From contig JAGDZV010000005.1 in the NCBI GenBank assembly GCA_049115495.1, positions 56,901 to 120,900 on the forward strand: DNA of 64,000 nt, given 5' to 3'. The DNA comes from Bacteroidia bacterium. Its GTDB lineage: Bacteria; Bacteroidota; Bacteroidia; CAILMK01; JACPUW01. The notes beneath the pieces were generated by a model. It ran no database searches and was not told where the DNA came from. It saw only the letters and a program-made list of their open reading frames with translations. A program made the position numbers and the translations under genes. Of this stretch, positions 56,241-64,000 are shown in pieces. Within the stretch, counting starts at the first letter, position 1, and every line of letters starts with the position of its first letter.

Positions 56241-56987
56241 ATGAAAAGTAAAACAACTACACTTTTAAGTCTTTCTTTAGCAATTCTCATTTTTTTCTTT
56301 GCAGCAGGTTGTACTAAATTTAATCGCCTGCCAGATGTAACTACTGTTGAAGTTACAGACATACAGTCAAACAAAGCCTTGGTTAGAGGTGAATATCTAG
56401 ATACTTCTTTTGATATTACCTGCGGTTTTTGTTGGGGTACCAAAAAACGTCCTAATTTTAATGACAGTTGCCAAAGAAGCACTCCTTACTTCGAGGGTAG
56501 GTTTGATCGCCACATCAAGGGATTAGCACCAACAACCGAGTACTATGTTAGAGCCTATGTTACAGACGGTGATGTTACTCGATACGGAAATGAGCTGTCA
56601 TTTACCACTGCAGAAAAGCCCGAAGAAATTACTAAATCTTTGAAAGCAAAAGTTGACGATGTCGATTTCAGTGCTTCTAGTATTACAAGGGCTAATCTCA
56701 GCAATGTAATGACGGTTATTGGCACATCGTCCGGGAACGAGTCCATAACATTAGTATTTGATGCTGATATCAAAAAAGGGAAGTACGAAGTAGGTTCGTC
56801 TTCTGGAATTCGCATAAATTTCACCCGAGGGTCGGCATCATCATCCTATACTTCTACATCTGGCACCTTGCAAATTACTAGAAATGACTCTCAACCACGT
56901 GTGATTACGGGAATATTTAGTGCTGAATGTTCAAATGACAATGGTGTAGTCAGCATTACAGATGGTGAATTCACGAGTCTAAAATAA
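56241..56987 (+). CDS. lipoprotein with FN3-like domain and DUF6252-like C-terminal domain
   Basis: Lipobox FAAGC; GFCWGT...P, GL.P.T.YYVRAY...YGNELSFTT; LKAKVD...F, GT..IT, I.G.FS, ITDGEF. Confidence 0.8.
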   Translation: MKSKTTTLLSLSLAILIFFFAAGCTKFNRLPDVTTVEVTDIQSNKALVRGEYLDTSFDITCGFCWGTKKRPNFNDSCQRSTPYFEGRFDRHIKGLAPTTEYYVRAYVTDGDVTRYGNELSFTTAEKPEEITKSLKAKVDDVDFSASSITRANLSNVMTVIGTSSGNESITLVFDADIKKGKYEVGSSSGIRINFTRGSASSSYTSTSGTLQITRNDSQPRVITGIFSAECSNDNGVVSITDGEFTSLK

Positions 56988-57129
56988 TCTATAAATTAGC
57001 GAATAAAAGGATAAAGGTTAAGGTAAAAAAGAAAGGAAATCTCAAAGTGATGTTTAAAACTACATTTTATTTGAATATTGAAAACTTTTTGCTACAGCAA
57101 GCTTTCAACTCATACTTCAGTGCGAAACA

Positions 57130-57281
57130 AAATAATTGCACAAGATAGCAAAGTAGTGTTTGATCAAAACAGCAATCAAGTCACCACCAACATAAACCTA
57201 GGCCATTTAGCCAAGGGTGTCTACACGCTCAAAATAACAGGTAATGGCTTTGTAGAAGTGCAGCAGGTGGTTAAGGAGTAA
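57130..57281 (+). pseudogene. orphan T9SS CTD fragment, duplicate of the 3' end of 53285-56206
   Basis: IIAQDSKVVFDQNS.Q...NINL..L.KGVYTLK.TGNGFVEVQQVVKE*. The last 40 bp (57243-57282) are identical to 56168-56207. Confidence 0.8.
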
Positions 57282-57283
57282 AC

Positions 57284-57560
57284 GGCGCAGGAGCACCTGC
57301 CATTTGTTGCATTCCGAAGCTGGAGCTTCGTAACGGCTCCAGGCTCCTTCCGTAAGGAGTTTATGTGCCAAACATAAACCAACACTGGTGCGAGCTTGTA
57401 GCTCGTGCCTTTCACAATACAACCGGCCATGCGGATTACTGAATTTAGCATTAAATAACCCCTTAGGGAGTTGAACTAAATTAAGAAAAGTCAAATTGAC
57501 CCAAGGCAGCATCGGCTGTTGAATGAACTCCCAAGGGGTTTAAAGCTTTGCCGGCTGGTT
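57284..57560. repeat. mosaic of palindromic elements (families C and D plus others)
   Basis: GGCGCAGGAGCACC...GAAGCTGGAGCTTCGTAACGGC; CTGGTGCGAGCTTGTAGCTCGTGC (57385-57408); IR AACCCCTTAGGGAGTT / AACTCCCAAGGGGTT. Confidence 0.7.
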
Positions 57561-57680
57561 TCAAACTTGGGCACAACATCAAGAATTCTACAAATCAAAA
57601 TACTAAATCATTGAATTTACTAACTCAGCTATTTTAGTTCACATCAATCTGCTACATTCGTTTACCTACACTCGTACTCT

Positions 57681-59660
57681 ATGAATTTTGCTAAACCCAA
57701 GCTTCCAAAAAAGAAGCTAATTGAGCTTTATGAAGGCATGCTTTTGCCTAGAATGATTGAAGAAAAAATGTTGCTACTGCTAAGAAAAGGGCAAATAAGC
57801 AAATGGTTTTCGGGAATGGGTCAAGAGGCCATAAGCGTTGGCGCAACCATGGCCATGCTTAATGATGAGTATATAATGCCATTGCATAGAAACTTGGGTG
57901 TTTTTACCACAAGGCAAGTTCCTTTAGAAAGATTATTTGGGCAATGGATGGGAAAGATGACTGGCTTTACCAAGGGTCGTGATAGATCTTTTCATTTTGG
58001 AACCAACGAGCATCACATTGCCGGAATGATTTCACATTTGGGTCCGCAATTAAGTGTGGCCTCAGGTGCGGCATTGGCTCACAAATTCAGAAAAGAACAA
58101 AAGTGTTCTATCGCTTTTACGGGCGATGGCGGTACAAGTGAAGGAGAGTTTCATGAAGCGCTCAATACAGCAGCCGTTTGGAATTTACCGGTAATTTTTT
58201 TGATTGAAAATAATGGCTATGGGCTTTCAACACCAGTAAACGAGCAGTTTGCTTGCGAGCAGTTGGCACATAAGGCCAAAGGCTACGGAATGGAGGGAAT
58301 TACCATTGATGGTAACAATGTAGTAGAAGTTTTTAGCACTATAGATAAGTATGCAAAGTCAATTCGAAAAAATCCAAGACCTATTTTAATTGAATGCATG
58401 ACCTTTAGAATGCGCGGGCATGAAGAGGCATCGGGTGTTAAATATGTTCCAAAAGAGTTGTTTGAACAATGGGCTAAAAAAGACCCAATTTCAAATTTTG
58501 AAAATTGGCTTTTGAATAAAGGCCTTATTGAGCAATCAACTATTGAGGACTTAAAAGCTGAAAATAAGAAAGCTATTAATGGAGGGTTAGAGAAGGCTTT
58601 TGCTGCTGAGAAACCTGTTCCAAATAAAACAACAGAGTTAGCTGATGTTTATGCGCCGTATAAAGCTATGGGTGTAAATACCAAGGGCGGCCATAGTTCT
58701 GAACTGCGCTTGGTCGACGCCTGCAAAGATGCCTTGCATTTGGCAATGGAAAAACATTCTGAAATGCTTATAATGGGTCAGGATGTAGCTGAATATGGTG
58801 GCGTATTCAAGATTACTGAAGGGTTTATTGATGATTTTGGAAAAGATAGATTACTCAATACGCCTATTTGTGAATCGTCAATAGTTGGTATTGGTGTGGG
58901 TTTATCATTAAAAGGAATAAAAAGCGTAGTAGAAATGCAGTTTTCTGATTTTGTGAGCTGTGCTTTTACTCAAATTGTAAATAACGCCGCCAAGCTTCAT
59001 TACCGCTGGGGGCAAAATGTTGATATGGTAATAAGAATGCCTACAGGTGCAGGCGTAGGAGCTGGGCCATTTCACTCACAAAGTACTGAAGCATGGTTTG
59101 CACATACGCCGGGGCTTAAAGTGGTTTACCCTAGTAACCCTACAGATGCAAAAGGTTTATTGTTGGCCAGTATTGAAGATCCTAATCCAGTGTTGTTTTT
59201 CGAGCACAAAGCCTTATATAGAAGCATAAGTGAAATGGTTCCTACAGAATACTATACCACAGAAATAGGAGTAGCCAAAGTAGTAAAGCAAGGCAATGAT
59301 ATTAGTATAATTACCTACGGTGCAGGTGTGCATTGGGCTTTAGATGCCGCTGTAGAATTAGAAGATGTTTCTATTGAGGTATTGGATCTAAGAACACTAT
59401 TGCCTTGGGATAAGGTTGCCGTTGAAGCATCAGTTAAAAAAACAGGTAAAGTGCTGGTACTGCATGAAGACACCGAAACCTTAGGCATTGGCGCAGAACT
59501 TGCAAGTTGGGTAAGTGAAAACGTATTTGAGTATTTAGATGGTCCGGTAAAGCGTTTAGGCTCGCTTGATACACCTGTACCTTTTGATCAAGAACTTGAA
59601 AAGCAGTTTTTGCCCAAAAGCAGGTTAAAAGAGACCCTTATTGAGCTTTACAACTATTAG
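57681..59660 (+). CDS. fused 2-oxoacid dehydrogenase E1 alpha/beta subunit (probably branched-chain)
   Basis: GQEAI, GDGGTSEGEFHE TPP motif, FRMRGHEE, GQDVAEYGGVFK, NTPICE, GPFHSQS, FFEHK. Confidence 0.93.
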   Translation: MNFAKPKLPKKKLIELYEGMLLPRMIEEKMLLLLRKGQISKWFSGMGQEAISVGATMAMLNDEYIMPLHRNLGVFTTRQVPLERLFGQWMGKMTGFTKGRDRSFHFGTNEHHIAGMISHLGPQLSVASGAALAHKFRKEQKCSIAFTGDGGTSEGEFHEALNTAAVWNLPVIFLIENNGYGLSTPVNEQFACEQLAHKAKGYGMEGITIDGNNVVEVFSTIDKYAKSIRKNPRPILIECMTFRMRGHEEASGVKYVPKELFEQWAKKDPISNFENWLLNKGLIEQSTIEDLKAENKKAINGGLEKAFAAEKPVPNKTTELADVYAPYKAMGVNTKGGHSSELRLVDACKDALHLAMEKHSEMLIMGQDVAEYGGVFKITEGFIDDFGKDRLLNTPICESSIVGIGVGLSLKGIKSVVEMQFSDFVSCAFTQIVNNAAKLHYRWGQNVDMVIRMPTGAGVGAGPFHSQSTEAWFAHTPGLKVVYPSNPTDAKGLLLASIEDPNPVLFFEHKALYRSISEMVPTEYYTTEIGVAKVVKQGNDISIITYGAGVHWALDAAVELEDVSIEVLDLRTLLPWDKVAVEASVKKTGKVLVLHEDTETLGIGAELASWVSENVFEYLDGPVKRLGSLDTPVPFDQELEKQFLPKSRLKETLIELYNY

Positions 59661-59716
59661 AAAGGCAAGATTATTAGGATAGGCTAAAACTCAATTAGCG
59701 AGAATAGAAAAGCTAA

Positions 59717-62700
59717 ATGAAGTGGTTTACTTGGTTTAAGGTTAAATATATTATCGTCTATATATGGTTGTGTGTTCCAATTATTGGAATAAGCCAAGAT
59801 TGTAGAATAAAATTCAACAAAGTAGATGTAGAACAGGGTATTAGCACATCTTATATAAATGATGTGGCAGTAGATGAATACGGATTTTTATGGCTCGCCA
59901 CTCAAGATGGGATTAATAGATATGATGGCGCAAATGCCATTAGCCTTAGGCAGGGGCAAGATACCCTTGGCCTAGCCTTTGAGAGTGTTGCTAGTCTCGC
60001 TTTTATTGAAAAACAAACTTTAATTGTAGGTAGCAACTACGGAGAACTACAGGTAGTAAATCTTGGTACCAATAAAACTGAAACTATAAAATTAGATGAA
60101 CTAAGGGGAGAGAGAATTGAGGGTTTAGAGGTTTCAAAAGATCAAATTTTTGTTGCACAAAGCAATGCGCTATGGGTAATTAACAAAAAAACCTTTGCCA
60201 TAAATAAAGAGCTCTCCATTACCAATACGGGCAAAATCTACTTCTTAAAAAAAGACCTTTTTGGAATGGTATGGATGAGTTGTGATAAAGGGCTTTTTGT
60301 ACAAAGGGGGCAAGGCAAGTTATTTAGGGTGCCCAATTCAAAAGAACTAAAGCTTATTGACATTGCATCTAACGAAAAGGAATATTGGGCCATAAGTAAA
60401 ACCAACATTTATAAAATAAACTCACAGCTTTCTATAAGCCCTTTGCAAATAGAAAACTTTGAGCCCGCGGCCTACAATTTTAAATTAATAGGCTTTTACC
60501 AAAATAAGCTTATGCTTGGCAGCGAAGAGAGCGGCTTTTGGCTTATTGATAAAATAGAAAATGAAGTAACCAATTGTTTAAGTCAGTCAGAAGCTTATCC
60601 TTACTATTCAGATATTACTAGGAGCGTTCAAGATCAAGCGGGCAACCTGTTTATTTGCACTAGTGGAGATGGTTTAATTCACATTGACCTAAAGGCGGTG
60701 TTTTCGCCTTTTAATTTAGTAGCATTAAGCAATAGGAAGTACTACAACGCCCAGGTTTGGTGCTCTGATAGCACGCATAATTATTTGTACTTAGAAAATC
60801 AACTTTTGGTTTTTGACAAGGATTTTAACCTTGAAAAAACAATTAATGTTTATACAAAACAGCCATTTAAGGTAAAGTCTATCACAACTTATGGTGGTCG
60901 GTTTTTCTTAGGAACAACATCTTCAGGCATTGTGGTGCTTGATAATGCTGGTGGTCAGGTAGACCAATGGATGCACAATGCCGAAAATGGACTTACAATA
61001 CCTTCAAATGAGGTAACCAATCTATATGTAAATAATGATGGATTACTTGTAGGAACAACCAAGGGGGTCTCTATTTTAGATATTGCAACAGGAATATCAA
61101 AGACCCTTGAAGATATTGAAGGCTCTGTTAAGTGCATTGCCCAAAACAAAGGTGGCGTTGCTATTTCTACAAACAAGGGGCTTTATTTAAAAAGAGGCGA
61201 TAGAATAATTAAACCCAAAGTTGATGGCCTTTCAGATGGTCAATTGAGTGCAATTACTGCCATACGGTCAGTAGGTAAAGGTATGTGGCTAGGTACCAGC
61301 GGCTATGGTCTTTATAAGCTAAAGAACGAAAAAGGAAATGACTACTTTTTAAACTCTAGTTTCAGATCTGAATTAACAAATAGCCACATTACATCAATAG
61401 TAGTAGATAAAAAAGGAAAGGTTTGGGCTGGTACTCAATACGGGTTAAACCTAGTGCTACTTACCGAAAATAGGGTGGTGCGCTTTTACGAACATAATGG
61501 TTTGGTTAGCAACATTTTTAACGAGCAGCTGGCCTTTGAGCAAGGCAGTAACCTATATTTTGGCACAAGGCGCGGTGTGGTTAAACTTAATCCTGATCAA
61601 CTCAACGCCACGGGCGAAAAAAGCCAGATATTTTTGACTGGAGTAAGTATAGCGGGAAACGAAAGCCTTAGTGCATTTGATGCCTTAAAAATTGATGAAC
61701 TTGAAGTTGATTACTTTGATTTTGGATTTACATTAGAGTTTGCAGCCATTGATTATAATGGAGCTGATAAAGTAAACTACGAATACCAAATGAGCGGCCT
61801 TTCAGAAGACTGGGTTTCTTTAGGTGCAAGCAATGAGGTAACTTTTTCTAACTTAAGCGAAGGTCAGTACGAACTAAAAATTAGAGCTTACGCCAGTTCG
61901 GGCGAGCTTAGCGAAAATCAGATTTCATTATCAATTATTATAAAACCACCTTTTTATAGCGCGCTATGGTTTAGGGTACTAATGGTTGTGCTTATTGTTG
62001 CTGCTGGTGTTGGCATTTATGTATACCGAATAAATAGGGAGAAAGCGAGAAGCCGAATACTTGAGCAAGAGGTAAACAAGCGAACCAATATTTTGCAGAG
62101 GCAAAATACCGAACTTGAAGTGGCCAAAGAGCGTGCGCAAGCATCTGATAAGGCAAAATCTGAATTTATGGCCACCATGAGTCATGAAATTAGAACTCCA
62201 ATGAACGGAATTTTGGGCTCGGTAGGTTTATTGGAGCAAAGTGATCTTGGGAGGGAGCAACGTGATCAATTAAGCATAATCAACGAGTGTGGCGATAATA
62301 TGCTTGCCATTATCAACGAGATACTAGACTATAGCAAAATAGAATCAGGAAAACTACAACCTGTAATTGTGAATTTTGATATAGTTGAATCTATTAAAAA
62401 CACAGTTGAAGGGCACGTTTCAAGGGCCCACGGCAAGGGCTTAGAGCTAACTTGCTTTATTGATGAGGCTATTCCAAGGCAGTTTGAAGGCGACCGAAAT
62501 AGAATTTCGCAGATATTGAATAACCTAATATCTAATGCTGTTAAGTTTACCAAAAAGGGTGAGATCTCGGTAAACGTGGGTTTCTCTAAACAAGAGAGTC
62601 AAGAATATATCAAGTTTGAAATTAACGATACAGGTATTGGTATTCCGAAAGAACGACAAGCAGAAATTTGGGATGCTTTTAGCCAAATAGACAACTCAAG

Positions 62701-63628
62701 CACAAGAGAGTTTGGTGGAACAGGTTTGGGCCTGGCTATTGTTAGAAGCATGACCCAACTTTTGGGCGGCTATTTTAGTCTAACCAGCGAGGAGTATAAA
62801 GGATCTAAATTCACAATAGAAATTCCGTTTAGAGGCGAAAAGCGAAAACCAAAGACCTATGATATTCCAAAGCATAAGTTGCTTATTGCTACCTCTGGCG
62901 CTAAAACCAATAAATTACTTGCGGTTTATGCCAAAGAGTTAGGAATGGAAGCAAACGTTGTAGAGAGTTTAAATGATGTGGGTGCCATAAACGACGATGC
63001 TTCTTATGATGCACTTTTTGTAGATGAGATGTCAATGAGCTTTGATTTCTATAACATTTGGAAAGGACAGGCTAAAAGTGTTTACAAGGTGGTTTCTTCA
63101 AGCGAAAAAAGTAATGAAGAGCAGCCAATAGGTATTAGCGGTACCATTAGCAACCCCGTATGGCGAAACAGTTTTCAGGCCTTTTTTATTGATAAACTCA
63201 AAAAACGAAAAGCAGTAGAAAATAGTGAGGTACAAGATTTAGCCGCATTTGATGGCGTAAGTATTTTACTTGCTGAGGATAATAAGGTAAATCAAATTGT
63301 AACTAAAAAGATATTCAAAAAGCTAGGCCTTGAGCTTGAAATAGCCGAGAATGGCCAGGTGGCTATTGATAAATTTAAAGAGAAACAATATGATTTAATA
63401 CTGATGGACTTACTTATGCCCGAAGTAGACGGTAACCAAGCTACTGAGCAAATTAGATCATTTAAAGAACTTAAACAGCCATATATTGTGGCATTTAGTG
63501 CTAATATTTTTAATAAAGACTTTGCTGAGTTTAAGGCCCAAGGTTTTAACTCAGTGCTAAGTAAGCCTGCTAAGGTTAATGATGTTGTGGGCCTTTTAAA
63601 TGAAGTAGCAAAGCAAATAAGCTCTTAA
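59717..63628 (+). CDS. hybrid sensor histidine kinase/response regulator with beta-propeller and Y_Y_Y sensor
   Basis: [17 protein letters not shown] repeats, Y_Y_Y domain, TM, H-box [13 protein letters not shown] boxes, a degenerate REC and a full REC (LLAEDN...ILMD...KP). Confidence 0.93.
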   Translation: MKWFTWFKVKYIIVYIWLCVPIIGISQDCRIKFNKVDVEQGISTSYINDVAVDEYGFLWLATQDGINRYDGANAISLRQGQDTLGLAFESVASLAFIEKQTLIVGSNYGELQVVNLGTNKTETIKLDELRGERIEGLEVSKDQIFVAQSNALWVINKKTFAINKELSITNTGKIYFLKKDLFGMVWMSCDKGLFVQRGQGKLFRVPNSKELKLIDIASNEKEYWAISKTNIYKINSQLSISPLQIENFEPAAYNFKLIGFYQNKLMLGSEESGFWLIDKIENEVTNCLSQSEAYPYYSDITRSVQDQAGNLFICTSGDGLIHIDLKAVFSPFNLVALSNRKYYNAQVWCSDSTHNYLYLENQLLVFDKDFNLEKTINVYTKQPFKVKSITTYGGRFFLGTTSSGIVVLDNAGGQVDQWMHNAENGLTIPSNEVTNLYVNNDGLLVGTTKGVSILDIATGISKTLEDIEGSVKCIAQNKGGVAISTNKGLYLKRGDRIIKPKVDGLSDGQLSAITAIRSVGKGMWLGTSGYGLYKLKNEKGNDYFLNSSFRSELTNSHITSIVVDKKGKVWAGTQYGLNLVLLTENRVVRFYEHNGLVSNIFNEQLAFEQGSNLYFGTRRGVVKLNPDQLNATGEKSQIFLTGVSIAGNESLSAFDALKIDELEVDYFDFGFTLEFAAIDYNGADKVNYEYQMSGLSEDWVSLGASNEVTFSNLSEGQYELKIRAYASSGELSENQISLSIIIKPPFYSALWFRVLMVVLIVAAGVGIYVYRINREKARSRILEQEVNKRTNILQRQNTELEVAKERAQASDKAKSEFMATMSHEIRTPMNGILGSVGLLEQSDLGREQRDQLSIINECGDNMLAIINEILDYSKIESGKLQPVIVNFDIVESIKNTVEGHVSRAHGKGLELTCFIDEAIPRQFEGDRNRISQILNNLISNAVKFTKKGEISVNVGFSKQESQEYIKFEINDTGIGIPKERQAEIWDAFSQIDNSSTREFGGTGLGLAIVRSMTQLLGGYFSLTSEEYKGSKFTIEIPFRGEKRKPKTYDIPKHKLLIATSGAKTNKLLAVYAKELGMEANVVESLNDVGAINDDASYDALFVDEMSMSFDFYNIWKGQAKSVYKVVSSSEKSNEEQPIGISGTISNPVWRNSFQAFFIDKLKKRKAVENSEVQDLAAFDGVSILLAEDNKVNQIVTKKIFKKLGLELEIAENGQVAIDKFKEKQYDLILMDLLMPEVDGNQATEQIRSFKELKQPYIVAFSANIFNKDFAEFKAQGFNSVLSKPAKVNDVVGLLNEVAKQISS

Positions 63629-64000
63629 TAGTTTGTTGTTTTGCCCATTGCACCAGCCAATTTTAAATTAAAGCTACAAAGAACCTGTTATTGACTGGTC
63701 TTGCCTTTAATCGACTAAGAAAAGCTAACCTAACGTTGAATTTTCTAGATTACAATGACGCTATTCACGGCTAATTTGAGATGTACTTTGTTGATTAAAT
63801 ATTCTGCTTCTCAAGCACTTAATTTTCAAACCGTTATGCTACGGTTTCATGGCGTAAATAGGTTTGTATTAATGCAATTCATTTTGGTGTTAAGAAAATA
63901 AGCTACCGCATTAGTGCTCCAATTTCACCTACAAGTACCAGACCCTAAAGCCCTTGCTATTTTAATATAGTGGGTCCTTGCTAAAAAACTTATTTTTTGC

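Noticed and set aside
56056-57282. Diversity-generating retroelement TR/VR pair
   Set aside because: Differences are not adenine-specific (many C/T and third-position changes), and there is no reverse transcriptase in the window.
1050-62553. Numerous short ORFs antisense to or nested in long genes (e.g. 1358-1822, 2634-3095, 9004-9267, 47023-47514)
   Set aside because: Shadow ORFs from codon bias of the real genes; no recognisable motifs.
63629-64000. Possible ncRNA in the terminal intergenic region (AAACCGT/ACGGTTT hairpin at 63828-63847)
   Set aside because: A short hairpin only, with no supported promoter-terminator pair, and the context is cut by the window edge.

Overview
A 64 kb chromosomal window from a Bacteroidota bacterium. 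The assignment rests on T9SS C-terminal sorting domains, a PorP/SprF gene, SprB repeats and TAnnTTTG -7 promoter boxes. Housekeeping genes (uvrA, queA, mutL, thiL, ndk, PpiD/SurA-like chaperone, fumC, Mrp/ApbC, NifU, cysS, pepD, fused 2-oxoacid dehydrogenase E1) are interleaved with accessory envelope genes. No rRNA, tRNA, CRISPR array, integrase or transposase was recognised. Most noteworthy: (1) an ~11.3 kb mosaic T9SS adhesin gene bracketed by two sigma-54-like promoters sharing the same putative +1 sequence (AGTAAGC), the second of which appears to drive an unannotated ~90 nt RNA with repeated AGCC motifs; (2) a second orphan plus-strand terminator suggesting another sRNA; (3) two paralogous DUF922-like pseudo-peptidase/beta-barrel fusions flanking an unrelated gene; (4) a tightly packed operon encoding a Walker-A-degenerate P-loop protein, MscS, a TMTC-like glycosyltransferase and a rhomboid; (5) a lipoprotein gene flanked by direct repeats of a T9SS CTD 3' end; (6) a G9 tract in a promoter spacer; (7) several families of REP/MITE-like palindromes, including a 193 bp tandem duplication next to a gene remnant. 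All family assignments come from motifs recognised by eye, not from database searches.
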